NCBI RefSeq assembly: GCF_006345805.1
Contig: NC_043004.1
Coordinates: 43,462,001-43,526,000 of the forward strand
Origin: Octopus sinensis
Taxonomy: Eukaryota
Direction of reading: 5' to 3'
DNA: 64,000 nucleotides
Shown: in pieces, positions 1 to 12,560 of the stretch
How the letters are laid out: the number at the start of each line of letters is the position of its first letter
Numbering within the stretch: the stretch's first letter is position 1
Program-made: the position numbers and the translations under genes
Notes under the pieces: generated by a model
Database searches by the model: none
What the model saw: only the letters and a program-made list of their open reading frames with translations
What the model was told of the DNA's origin: nothing

Positions 1-125
1 TTTTGGTTCTGTCCCACTGCGTCACACAAGGGCATTTGTCTTCTGCGCTTTCTTCCAAACCGATCAAAATCTTGTGAGTGCATTTCATAAACAAAAGCTT
101 TTAGAAGACCGTCGTTTGTATATAC
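1..125 (+). mobile_element. Decayed partial tRNA-derived CORE-type SINE (family B), cut by the window start
   Basis: gtcccactgcgt...gtcttct...ttgtgagtg...agaagaccgtcgt aligns by eye to the full copy at 28643-29043. Confidence 0.6.
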
Positions 126-169
126 TCCAGCCATTTCATCATGTTAATCCCTATACATTCTTTTCTCTC

Positions 170-333
170 TCGGTTTTTTTATTTTAACCACTTAACCCTT
201 CCTCTCGAGGGGCGTAGGCTCTAAAACGTCAAAGACTTTTCCATTCTTCCCGAGCGTTAAATTAATACACCTGCTTGTTGTTCCTTCACATGTCTTCGTC
301 TTTTGTTTTCTGTAAATTCTAAGTATATTCTAA
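170..333 (+). mobile_element. Short microsatellite-associated element, copy 1 (hammerhead-like motif, degenerate)
   Basis: gcgtaggctctaaaacgtcaaagactttt...gagcgttaaattaatacacctg...cacatgtcttcgtcttttgttt is shared with four other copies; runs into (GT)n. Confidence 0.55.
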
Positions 334-350
334 GTGTGTGTGTTTGTGTG

Positions 351-408
<58 letters not shown>
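334..408. repeat. (GT)n microsatellite
   Basis: Direct reading. Confidence 0.95.
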
Positions 409-411
<3 letters not shown>

Positions 412-1995
412 CTGTATACATATGCACGGTCGATTGTGCGACTGCCTGTTTCCTGTCTGTTAATTTGTCTGTCTTTGTCCTCCGCCACAGCTTTATGGCA
501 GTCTTTGGTGTGTTTGCGTATCTGTAATGTAGTGGTTCAGCGAAAGGACAGGATTTACACAATACCAGTTTAAAAAATAAGAAATACGGGGTTCGATTCG
601 CTCCACTATCGCTTCTTCAAATAATGCACTAATCAAGTACTAAACACGCACTTATCAACCACAAAATGTTTGAAAGGCAAATCATGAAAACCGGCGGAAT
701 TTGAACTCAGAAAGGAAAGAATCTCAAGATATATCGTTGAGTACTTTGTCGAATGGGATAATAGAACTGTCAGCGCACTACAGTCAAGGCAGTCTTACTG
801 TGTTAATTATAAGTATATTGAAACAACATATATAATACATGATTGACTGTATCCTTTTCAATTTTTATAGCTATTAAACAGATCTATGAATGAATATAAT
901 TTATGTTCTAACCATTCACTGAACACCATAGTTTTCCTATAAGAAGAATAAATTAATGGGATAAAAGGTATTTGTAAACTTAATCTGGCTTTTATAAAAC
1001 ATATGTAGCCATAAATCCTGTAATCTATGTCTACGATATTTCATCGTCAATGGAATTGAAAAACAGAAAAAAACGAATGATTGTGTTCTCTTATTGCCAA
1101 ATGGTAATCTTATTGAAACAGAAATCATTATTGTATGTGGAATGTATTCATATTCTTGGGAATTTTCTTTTTTACGTTATATTCTATTCATTCTCGTTTC
1201 CATTAAACGAAGGAAGGAAAGACTGACTTTATTAATGCATAGGATTTCCAGCTAAATCTTTCAATGCAGCTGAAGTCACGTACGTTGAAGTCAATGTGAC
1301 ACTGCATATATTTGGTGTGAGATTAGATTATAAGTCGGCATATGTTATTAGTTCGTGTCGTGGGTCAATGATACTCTTTTAAGCTAGCCATACATTGTTT
1401 TACACAAAACACAGACGCATGTGTGTGTATGTGTGCGTGCGTATGTATCTATGTTTATTGCGTAAATTTTGCAATTAAAGCAGAACAATTAAATATTTCG
1501 AAAAAATTTTCAACGAATTCTCAAAATATCGTTCTTGATTTCGGGCTTCAACACAATTCTAGTTATAGAAATAAGAAAGCTAACACAATTAAAAATGACA
1601 ATCACCTATATATGATAAACAGAATGAGTTGGATCATATGTTTTAGGGATTCTTTTTTATTTATTGTTGGAATTATTCTGTTAAGAATTACAACGGTTAT
1701 AGGGAATGTAGAAACCAGAAACAGATTGTGATTTAGAGAGAAGACTCCATAGAGAGTACAAATTTAAATCTAAATAGGTTAAATATTCCATCAAGAAAGC
1801 TCCCATGGGTATTCAACATGAAATTATCTTCGGGGGAAATTTTACTCATGGATATATGTTAGCGGATTGGGAAAACAAACCTATAAGTACGTGTATGCAT
1901 AAACACGTACACAGACATACACATATACATGTATATTCAAACATACATATATATATATATATATTATATATATATATATATTATATATATATATA

Positions 1996-2188
1996 TGAAC
2001 ATAAGTCGCCATGATAGATCGTTAGCACTACAAACATTTTTTCTTTCCTTGTTTTTCTGTGTCCCTTTCTGTAGAAGAGCGAAGGCTCGAAAAGTAGAAG
2101 ACTTTTCCTATTCTCGAGAGTTATACTAATACATCTATTTGTTTTGTACTACACCTGTCTTCGTCATTGTTTTGTTTTTGTAAACTCT

Positions 2189-2191
<3 letters not shown>
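1996..2191 (+). mobile_element. Short microsatellite-associated element, copy 2, flanked by (TA)n on both sides
   Basis: catgatagatcgttagcactaca...ctttctgtagaagagcgaaggctcgaaaagt...ttatactaatacatct...cctgtcttcgtc...taaactctccc; homologous to 16386-16575. Confidence 0.7.
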
Positions 2192-2271
<80 letters not shown>

Positions 2272-2483
2272 TGTGTGTGTATATGTGTATATGTATATAA
2301 ATATATATATATGTATATATATATATTATATATATATATATGTATATATACAGGAATGTATAGAAACAGGTGTTTTTTGCTAACCACAAGGTCTCAATCC
2401 CATTGTGTGGTACCTTCGCAAGAGTTCTTTTAGAGTTCTGTGTCTAAACTTTGTGAGTTGACTTGGTAGATAGAAACTAAAAG

Positions 2484-2556
<73 letters not shown>

Positions 2557-2680
2557 TATATACATATATATATACATATATGTATATATATGTGTGTGTG
2601 TGTGTGTGCGTGTGTGTGTGCGTGTGTGTGTGTGTGTGCGTGTGTGTGTGTGCGTGTGTATATGTGTGTGTTGCGTGTGT
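2192..2680. repeat. Compound (TA)n/(TG)n microsatellites with a decayed family-B SINE fragment (~2380-2480) between them
   Basis: Direct reading; the fragment aaccacaaggtc...gtggtaccttcgcaag...ttgtgagttgacttggtagatagaaact resembles the family-B head. Confidence 0.85.
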
Positions 2681-4699
2681 ATGTGTGGGAACTGTAAATG
2701 TCAGGTGGGATGTGATGCAACAATGAATTTATTGATTCTCGTGACGTTCTTAGAATTACAAATGTTTCGCGAAACCCTTCAAGTAGTATTGTGTGTGGAA
2801 GAATTTATTATTTCATGTTTGTACTGATAAACATGCTCAGCAGTATTCGATGCCATTACATATTCCCAAATCAATGCAAATAATGAAATCTGGCTCATCA
2901 GTTCACTTTATAGTTACACCAAGGATTTCACTTCATACATAGAATGCGTGGAAGGTTGAAGCTGGATGATATTAGGTTGGTTTGTTCAGGAGAATCAAAG
3001 ATGAGAGGTCTGTTTATGTCGGATATGACAACGGGGATACGTTCGATCAGTGCCAAGTGTTCCTTGAACAAGTCAAAACACGAAGAGGCTGAAATACTTA
3101 GATCAACGCCGATATGTAAACCGAAGGCTTGACAGATAGTTATGCGGAGATCGGAATTTGATTTCAGCTGTCATGAATAATAAATCCCCAACAAAAGTGA
3201 GGGCACTGAGAGATAACAGCTACAAAGGAGATGTCATCCCACTAATTTTTTTTAGCGGACTTAAAAGTACATGGGACTCAATACACCTAGTTTTTGGCGA
3301 AAGATGTGAGGCCTGGATAGAAAGAATACGCAATGTAATGTAATTTTTTTAGCAAACCTCTGCGCTGTCTCATAAAGTTAAGCCAAGCGAAGTGTGGATG
3401 TGTTCCACTCTCCATGCTCAGGTACTTCCAGACATATAGGTCCCTATCGCATCAAACCTCAATCCAATGGACTATTACATATGGGACGTACCCGAAGGAT
3501 AAGTATATCAACGTCTCTTTAACACCATGCAGTCACTCAAGTCTGCCACATTTTGCACTTCGCCCAACATTAATAAAGATTGTTTGCTTCAGGCATGTAT
3601 TCCGATCCGCCTTGAAATGGCCGCTAATGCCAACGGTGGATTCATCGAATAGGTGTGATAAAAGAATTCTCAAGATTACTTATACCAATTTCTTTTCAAA
3701 AGAGAGTTTTTCTTTGATGAGCTATGTATCTTTATTTAATTTCATAGAAATGAACTAAAGCAATCTGAGACATCCTGTGCATAAAAAAACGCAAAGACTA
3801 ACCAACATAGCGAGCTGAATCAAAAGTTGTTAGTTTAGAATTTTCATTGACGATTTTTCGAAAATTTGATAGGACTTCAAATGTTGTACATACCCAGGCT
3901 TAAAAAGATGTACACAAACGAACGTTTTATATATTGAACATTTAAAATTGTCATCGAGCTTTTCTTGACAATGCCACACAAGGCCACTCTCTTCAAACAT
4001 TTTACTACTTGCTATTATATATTTCATCTACTTAGCTTTTTTTCCGAAGCTGGTTCCTCCCATTTTTTACATCCATCTACATTTCTTTCAGGATGCCTTT
4101 TAAAGTGATTTTACTTTTCCACAGTAGTTCATATATTAACCCATATGTCAGTAGATTCAATATCAGTTGTATATGACAGAGTTACTGCATCACTGAAACA
4201 GCCTGAATCTGCCAATATTTACAAAAAATAAGGAGAAATGAGCTAACATAATCTAAGCTCTAAATTGCAGTCCTTAGAAGTGCAGCAGCTCCAGAATCTC
4301 ACATTCCAATTTATATTTATTCGATGCAACATAAAACGTCATTGAACAAAATAAAAACGTGAGAGATTCAAATAGAATTTTAATTTGTGCTAAAATTGTA
4401 GCACAAAGAAAAACATCACGTTTATATACGTCAGCCTAAATGTACTGATGACATTGCGATGTGGCATCTGTTATAATTTATCTTTTACCTCTTTCGGTCA
4501 TCAGACTGTTAGGACACGTCCTTGCGTAATTTTCAGTCGAATAGATGGACAACAAAAGTTATTTTGCAGAACCGCTATTTACGGGGGTGTTAACAAAGCA
4601 GCAACAGCTGTCCAGTAGAGGTGGGAGAAGTTACAGACATAAGGACACGCACACATACATAAACATACACCACACACACACACATATATATGTATATTT

Positions 4700-4851
4700 T
4701 TTTCTCTCCTTGTTTTTTCTGTGTCCTTTTCTGTAGAAGAGCGTAGGCTCGAAATGTAAGACATTTTCTATTCCTGAGCGTTATACTAATACATCTGTTT
4801 GTTTTGTACACCACCACCTGTCTTCGTCTTTTGTTTTTTTTCGTAAACTCT

Positions 4852-4853
<2 letters not shown>
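4700..4853 (+). mobile_element. Short microsatellite-associated element, copy 3
   Basis: cttttctgtagaagagcgtaggctcgaaatgtaagac...gagcgttatactaatacatctgtttg...taaactctcc, followed directly by (TA)n. Confidence 0.75.
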
Positions 4854-4902
<49 letters not shown>

Positions 4903-5924
4903 CACTTATATGGCGACCTTCTTTTGGATTCCACCGACCAAATCCAATCGCGGCTTTGGTCGGACCAAAACTAATGTACACTTGCCCAACTTGCCATAGC
5001 GAGACTGAATCATGCATGTAAAATATATAATACTATATGGAATAAATCTCCTCTTTGATTTAATTAAAAAAAAGCAATTTCGTTAGGTTGCCGTAAAAAT
5101 TTGCCTCGCGGCATTTCTTCCGGCGTTACGTTCTTAGTTCAAATTCCGCCGAGGTTGACTTCAGCTGCTGTGGTCGATTCGTGTGAATGTAATGTACTTG
5201 CCCATTTTTTATACAAATTTCAAATCTTATGCCTGCAGTAAAAAAACTTTACATTCTCCGTGTCAGTTCGGTAAATATATTTAAATAGATCTTATGTATA
5301 CATCAAAAAATTACTTCAAAACCCTTTCAGGCTTTTCCAAAATTCTTGCATGAAAACATATTCTAGTTATAAACGTAAATTTATTTCAATGATATTTGTT
5401 ATCACAACTCCTTTTTTCATTACATTTCTGCCGTTTATCGAATAGAGTTTTCACACGTTTAAGACCAATAATGAGAAGCAATTATTAAAGTACACACAGT
5501 AAAAATACTTTCAAAAATGTATTACCATTATGAGACGCATTGAAACTTTTAATGTTTTTATGCCTTGAAATCGGAGACGAAGATTATACTTCATAGAAAG
5601 GAAAGAGATTTTTAATCAGGATATATGTTTTTCCCTACTTAGCGTATGCGAACTGAACCGTCGGTAATATTTTCTTCTGTAGCTCCGTTGCTTTGATGTT
5701 TATCATCCTTCTGAAACAATTTATGCATTGATCAATTTCCACTTTTGCTACTACGTTTGTGCGTGTACGTATGTAGGTATGCATAGATGGATGGATGGAT
5801 GGATGGATAGAAGGATCAATGGATGAATATATAGAGGTAGCTCTGTAGGTATGTATGCATCTACATATATATGTATACGCACACATACATATATATATAT
5901 TAATTAAAGGACACACTGAAGTGT

Positions 5925-6066
5925 TTACCCACCAGAAATAAGAGATAAAACCCTCCTTTAGACCACCAAGTATTACACTGAATATAACATATACAACAGT
6001 ATACGGTGGGGTGAACGGAAAAAGATCTCTCGCATACCAATATAGCATAAAGCTATATATTTAATC

Positions 6067-6127
<61 letters not shown>

Positions 6128-6295
6128 ATAGGACGGTTTCTGGTTTGACACATTGTTCTCATCTTCCTCAACAAATCTTAAACCTTAGAAACATCATTCG
6201 AGTCCGTCATGTTGAAATCTGCTGAAGTCCTTAATTGATTGGCGCCAAACTGTGGAGAGCCTCAGTGTGAAATGTTCTAATCAGCAGCCAAAATA
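5925..6295 (-). repeat. Penelope-type terminal-repeat-like unit 1 with hammerhead-like core (~6131-6175)
   Basis: Diverged direct repeat of 6885-7190 (tttagaccaccaa...cggtggggtgaac...gatctctcgcata...cataaagctatatatt; ggtttctggtttgaca...ggcgccaaa...gtgtgaaa...taatcagca). Minus strand reads TTGAGGA-AG...ACCA-GAAACCGTC. Confidence 0.55.
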
Positions 6296-6327
6296 TTCAG
6301 AAGCAAATATTTGTATAGATACTCTTT

Positions 6328-6740
6328 TTTTCTTTTACTCTTTTACTTGTTTCAGTAATTTGACTGTGGCCATGCTGGAGCATCACCTTTAATCGAGCAA
6401 ATCGACTCCATTACTTATTCTTTGTAAGCCTAGTACTTATTCTATCGGGTTCTTTTGCCAAACCGCTAAGTTACGGGGACGTAAACACAGCAGCACCGGT
6501 TGTCAAGCGATGTTGGTGGACAAACACAGACACACAAACACACACACACACACACATACATATACATACATATATACGACGGGCTTCTTTCAGTTTCCGT
6601 CTACCAAATCCACTCTCAAGGATTTTGTCGGCCCGAGGCTATTGTAGAAGACAATTGCCCAAGGTGCCATGCAGTGGGACTGAACCCTGAACCATGTGGT
6701 TGGTAAGCAAGCTACTTATCACACAGCCACTCCTACGCCT
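6328..6740 (-). mobile_element. Full-length tRNA-derived CORE-type SINE (family B; similar to the octopus OR-type SINEs)
   Basis: Minus strand starts aggcgtaggagtggctgtgtgataagtagcttgc (A/B-box tRNA head), has an internal (TA)/(TG) tract and ends in an aagtaaaagag tail. It is the reverse complement of 28643-29043. Confidence 0.9.
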
Positions 6741-6884
6741 TCGATATTAATATTGTTATTATGGAAGTCAATATAAATAGTCCATAATAACAAGAATATT
6801 AATATAGGTGGTTGCAGACTTAAATGAGCGTTACATAGCTATAGAATTAAAATTGTATCAGCCAAAGGACCCATTGAAAATATA

Positions 6885-7190
6885 TACCCGCTAGAAATAA
6901 AAGTTAAAATCCTTATTTAGACCACCAAAAATTACCCTGAAAATAACAGATATAATATGCGGTGGGGTGAACCGAAAACGATCTCTCGCATAATATTATA
7001 TCATAAAGCTATATATTCAACGGAACTGGCATATATCTATAGGCCGGTTTCTGGTTTGACAAAGTTCTTGCCTTCCTCAGCAAATCTTAACGTCATTCCA
7101 GCCCGCCTTGCTGAAATCTACTGTTGTCCTTGATTGCCTGGCGCCAAAGTGTGGACAGTCTTAGTGTGAAAAGTACTAATCAGCAACCAT
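6885..7190 (-). repeat. Penelope-type terminal-repeat-like unit 2 with hammerhead-like core (7042-7080)
   Basis: Minus strand reads CTGAGGA-AGG-caagaactttgtcaaa-CCA-GAA-ACCGGC-C; direct repeat of 5925-6295. Confidence 0.55.
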
Positions 7191-7418
7191 TCCTTACTTT
7201 GTTTACCGACTGCAGAGTTCTTTCTAAGAAGTATAAACTAGCGCGAACAAACATGCAGGCACCCACCACACAGATATCTAAATATAAATTTGCTTAATTT
7301 TAGGTTATAAATTTTATTGCTGCCAGAGTATCGTGTCTCTATGAATTATAGTTGCAGAAAATGACATGTTTATTTTAGCCCGGGCAAACTTTTATTCCGC
7401 AGTAAATAAAAATAAATG

Positions 7419-7664
7419 AGCCCTTTCAAAGCCTAGCCAGGTTCATTGGCCCAGTTTCCTGGTTTCTATGGCGTATATGTTCCCCCAGCTGGACGGGACG
7501 GCAGTTCATCGCAGCGTTACTCATTTTTGCCAGCTCAGTGGACTGGAGCAACGTGAAATGAAGTGTTTGCTAAGGAACAAAACGCGTCGCCCGGTCCAAG
7601 ATTCAAAACCACAATTATACAATCATGATGCTGACACCCTTACCATTAAGCCACGGGCCTCCAC
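7419..7664 (-). mobile_element. tRNA-derived SINE (family C) with RTE-like tail
   Basis: Minus-strand head gtggaggcccgtggcttaatggtaagggtgtc; central cacgttgctccagtccactgagctggcaaaaatgagt; tail ggaacatatacgccatagaaacc-ggaaactgg, shared with the tail of 24674-24970. Confidence 0.8.
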
Positions 7665-7748
7665 TTATGTCGCAGTAGGGAGAGCTAATGCAAAATGCAC
7701 ACCTATACGGACATATGGAAATTTGCGCATATCTTATAAAAGTCTGGA

Positions 7749-8174
7749 TGATGGTGTTTCAGGAATGAGTAATGCTCAGAATATACTTATTTTTGTATGT
7801 GACTACCTTCATGTTTGTTTGTTAGGCGGTACAATACCATTGTATAATACAAGTGCCTACTCTGATGTTATAACTGGTTCACTTGCAGTTTGTTCATTTA
7901 ATAAATGTCTCGTATACTATTCCGTATAGGATTTGTAGTTTTCTCAGAACTTTAGGTTACGAATTTTATTGCTGATGGTGTTTCAGGAATGAGTAATGCT
8001 CAGAATATACTTATTCTTGTATGTGACTACCTTCATGTTTGTTTGTTAGGCGGTACAATACCATTGTATAATACAAGTGCCTACTCTGATGTTATAACTG
8101 GTTCATTTGCAGTTTGTTCATTTAATAAATGTATCGTATATTATTCCGTATAGTATTTGTAGTTTTCTCAGAAC
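7749..8174. repeat. 224-bp tandem duplication (about 1.9 copies, near-identical)
   Basis: tgatggtgtttcaggaatgag starts at 7749 and 7973; ttctcagaac ends at 7950 and 8174. Confidence 0.95.
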
Positions 8175-8225
8175 AAAGAAAAATGTTAGAAATCTAAAAA
8201 CATTGGCGATGTACAATTGGGTGGG

Positions 8226-8283
<58 letters not shown>

Positions 8284-9821
8284 CCAGAATAACCTAAGAT
8301 ATACAGCATAGGAATGAGTACAATAGTACAAAATGATCAATGATATTTTGTTTTTAATGTCTTTTTACAAGACAAACAGATGTTACCTGCCGCGTCTCCT
8401 TGGTAAACAGAGATTAATTATTAAGGAAACTTTAATCGTAAGATGTGGCCATTTTATAAAAGAAGTAAAAACTCACGCAGTTACAAAGACGCACAAATTG
8501 ACACAAATGTATAAATTAGAATATATATATATATATATATATACATATACGTGTGTGTATGTGTCTGTTTGTCTGTGTATGTATATATGCATGTATGTAT
8601 GTAATTATGTGTGTTTGTAAGTAAATATGTACGTATGTATGTAAAACCTAATATTGAATTAGTGTTTTCAGGTGCGACAACTTCCAGTATTTTTCTAATT
8701 CTAAATTCAAGTATCACCGAACATAACTTCACCTTTTATCTTTTAGGAACAGAAAAATTTAACTACAACTCAAATACAAAATATGTTGTATTATGTAAAC
8801 ACAGTCCGTCGAATTACGTATTGGACGTAACCGAAGAATATGTCAATCAACGTCTCTTTAACACTATGCAGTCACTCAAGTCTGCCATATACTGTACTTC
8901 CCGTACTAACGAATAATCATTACATCCTAGTTACAGGCTTATAATAAACACGCTTTATTGGTATTACTTAGTAGTAGAGAATTTGCTCAAATCTCCTCCA
9001 GTAATTTCACACCAGAAAGTGAAATACATGTAAAATATACCGGCTAAAATACTGCCATTCCTTAAAATTTTGTGAGGTGGTTAACTTCACGCGTTATTTT
9101 ACCTCTCATATTTGTCCGCAAAAGTCTGGAAGTTATTCTCAACTTGGTGGCCACCAGCGAAGAAATATTTTGCAATACAGTTGCATTTTACGTATCGATC
9201 CAAAATGATGCATTCAAAATCGAAACTTCGTGATATTGGAACTTAGATCACACGAGACGGAAATAAATTGTATGATATGGTAAAGCCATTGCTAAGTTCT
9301 TTTCTATCTTAAGTACACCCATTAACCAGATAGTGATGTGAAGCTGGTTATATGTCTAACGCAATGTATTCACTGCAATATCTCCCACAACGTAAGGATC
9401 ATAATCACTGTAAACGATTTACCGCATAAGATATTTCATCGAATCGATTACTTTGCAGCTAATACTTTGAATTGCCGCCTCAAAGTGACCCCTAAAAAGG
9501 TACATTTTTTTGTGACTAGAATAAAATGGGTGTAATATATGACATGATATCTCATCTCAATGGTCTGTTGGAGTTTGTTTGTTGGTCCCGGAGTATGCAC
9601 AGCCATGGCGAATCAGGAAGAACATTTCTGATGATATTCGAAATAACACATTTCCATTTCACTCCTACCTTCAGTGGGTGTGATTGTGAGATAGACAAAT
9701 TCAAAAGTACCGAAAGTACATAAGGATAATTTATTGGAAATGTAGATGTTAACGTTTTCTTTCTTTATTGTGGATGAAATAAGTTGTGTTGGTGGGCAAA
9801 TATAGACTGAAATGGCAAGTC

Positions 9822-10056
9822 GGCGAGCTGGCAGAAACGTTAGCATGCCGGGCGAAATGCGTAGCCGTATTTCGTCTGCTGTTACGTTCTGAGTTCAAAT
9901 TCCGCCGAGGTCGACTTTGCCTTTCATCCTTTCGGGATCAGTTAAATAAGTACCACTTACGTACTGGGATCGATATAATCGACTTAATCCGTGTGTCTGT
10001 CCTTGTTTGCCCCCTCTCTGTTTAGCCCCTTGTGGGTAGTAAAGAAATAGGTATTT
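9822..10056 (+). mobile_element. Full-length tRNA-derived SINE (family A)
   Basis: ggcgagctggcagaaacgttagcatgccgg...gagttcaaattccgccgaggtcgactttgcctttcatcctttcgg...gccccttgtgggtagtaaagaaataggta; at least eight related copies in the window. Confidence 0.9.
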
Positions 10057-10200
10057 ATGTTCTGAGTTCGAATTCCGTCGAGGTTGACTTTGCCTTTCAT
10101 CATTTCGGGGCCGTTAAATTAAGTATCAGATAAATAGTGGGGTCGTTCTAATTGACTGGCCCCTCCACCAAAATTTCGGGCCTTGTGCCTAGATTGGAAT
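10057..10200 (+). mobile_element. 5'-truncated family-A SINE with an alternative 3' tail, abutting the previous copy
   Basis: gttctgagttcgaattccgtcgaggttgactttgcctttcatc... then ctggcccctccaccaaaatttcgggccttgtgcctag. Confidence 0.75.
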
Positions 10201-11539
10201 GGCATTGCGTATCTATTTGCATCCCCAAAACATATTCCGCCACTCGTCTTGCTTGGAATGCATAAAATAGTGTGTAGTGCTATTATTGCAGAATTAACAA
10301 TGCGAATTCCCGATTATTTTTCACTGAATAGATAATATTATTTAATAGATGGTAAAAGTTATTCAAGCCGTCTATTTCCATGTTTTATCTGCATAGTTAT
10401 TAAAGAGTTAGGGATAAAGATTTCTTAACACACTAATTGCCCATATATAGTTCAGACCAAAGAATTACGTTTGTCTATTTGTTCTGTGTGTTTTCGGAGT
10501 TCTACACGCAATACAACTTGTTGTTATAGCACATATAAAATTCTAAACTATCGCATTATTCTTTAGCAAATGATTGTGGACGTGGATTTCATTCTAAAGG
10601 AATAGCAATCAGATATGCTCAATAAAACAACACGTTTTGTTGAACTCTGTTACTAAAAAATGTCTTTAATACTCTTGTCAGCTATTGTTTAAGGTGAAAC
10701 ATAATGATTTAAGATAATACAGAGACTGTACAACGTGCAAAGATAATCAAATAATGTCCCTACGTACATCGAATAAAATTTGTCTTAATGCTTTTGAATC
10801 ATATAATATTATACGTATTTCTAATTTTGAAAATTTTTTAATTTGAATTATTATCTTATAGCAATAAATTCTATGGATAATTCCTTTTTGTTTCTATTGA
10901 GTTTTTTAAATATCTAAAATCAGTTATTGCTGACTGAAACGTGACATCATTACGTTATTAGTCAAACAGATGCTAATATAATATTCGTGAAACGTGGAAA
11001 CTAAAACAAAAATATCGTGAATATTATTCAATACAAATATTTACACATCTATTGATTTTAGCATTTCTGAATTCCATCTGCAATTATCAGCGCAGACAAC
11101 AAAAGTATTTGGGCTTTGATTATTCAATTAATTATTCAAATTGATGTTTTTTCTACATTTTAAAGACCCTGCGTATTACCAAATTACTACCGAAACAAAG
11201 GTAACGTTTCCTCATGTTTTCTACTAAAATAATCATCATCAAATATCGAACTACATTGTAATATTCCTCCTTTGGTTAGATCATCAAGCATTTTACCACG
11301 CAAACAAAAGGTTTCAAATTATGAAATTGAGATAATAACCTCTTAAAGAATCTGAAATCAAATTAAATAAATAATTAAAATTAAAGCGAAAATTAAGTGC
11401 CTGATGATCGTAAAAGATACGTCCCTTGCTCGACAATTTTTCACTTACTGAATTTAGAATACAGTTTTTACCCAATTTTCTAATTTCCAAAGCATAACAA
11501 AAAATGAGTAAGAAACAGGTCTGAATATATACACATTGC

Positions 11540-11645
11540 ACCGGCTCCTTCTTTTTCGTAACCCCTGTAAAAGAACTGGTAAGGTTAGACCTCCTTTCAT
11601 GGTACCCTTAGGGCCAGGAATTTTTAAGCACCCCTTCATGTGTAT
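11540..11645 (-). mobile_element. Possible terminal fragment of a mariner-type non-autonomous element
   Basis: Minus strand gaaggggtgcttaaaaattcctggccctaagggta resembles mariner-like TIR starts; no partner TIR found. Confidence 0.35.
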
Positions 11646-11799
11646 TCTCGGTTTCTCTCGCTCTTGCATATACTTAAGTCTCTCTCCTTGTCTCCCCTTG
11701 CTCTATCCCATATACACACATCCCTAACACTCTCTCGTATATATAAATATACATATATATATGTGTGTGTCTATCTATCTCTGCCTCTCTCTCACTCTG

Positions 11800-11848
<49 letters not shown>

Positions 11849-12363
11849 GTTAATTACATTTGGCGGATATTTGTCCTCATCTTGTTTGTTGTTAACAACG
11901 TTAACAACACTACGGCATATGTCACACACGCACATACAGACACGCACACACACACATACAAATATATATTTTGTGGGTTTTGATTTGTAAATAGTATCAG
12001 TGGAGTAGATAGTTGAAATTTTCAGAAAAAGAAAAGACGAAGACACATGTGTGAACAACAAGTAGGTAAATTAGTTTGATTCTCGGGAGAGCAGACAGGT
12101 GTTTAATTAATATAATGTGCCACAGTGAAGTGAGCGAAAAAGAAATGTGGACGAAGAGCAAGTGAAATAACCAGAAAATTGGAGGAGAATAGATGAGCTC
12201 TAAGAAGAGAGAAGCATTCTTTTAAAATTTAAATCTATAATTCCGTTGATTTTTCAAACTCGTATTTGCTGTTTGCGTATGCGTTTGTGAGTGGGTATTT
12301 GTTTGTATATATTCGACTTATTTGTTTGATATATATACATATACATTAACATAGGTTACGTTA

Positions 12364-12399
<36 letters not shown>

Positions 12400-12439
12400 G
12401 TGTGTGTGTGTGTAGATAATCGATAAATATGTATTCTTT

Positions 12440-12560
12440 TCTACTCTAGGCAGAAGGTCCGAATTTTTTGAAGTGAGGGAGCCTGTCGATTAGATCGACC
12501 CCAGTACGTAACTTCGATTTCATTTATCGACACCGAAAGGATGAAACGAAAAGTCGAATC
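12440..12560 (-). mobile_element. 3' fragment of a family-A SINE (alternative tail)
   Basis: ctctaggcagaaggtccgaattt...tcgaccccagtac...tttatcgacaccgaaaggatgaaa. Confidence 0.7.

Noticed and set aside
1270-1316. Short open exon-like frame (AEVTYVEVNVTLHIFG)
   Set aside because: Weak splice sites, too short, no supporting neighbour exons.
2900-3350. Stretch with several short ORFs, possibly a LINE relic
   Set aside because: No diagnostic motif could be read, so it is left unannotated.
7468-7929. 153-aa plus-strand ORF
   Set aside because: It runs antisense through a SINE and into the tandem duplication; no protein-like signal.
8281-8480. Possible further hammerhead next to (TA)n
   Set aside because: Only a GAGACGCGGC remnant on the minus strand; no CUGANGA core or stems found.
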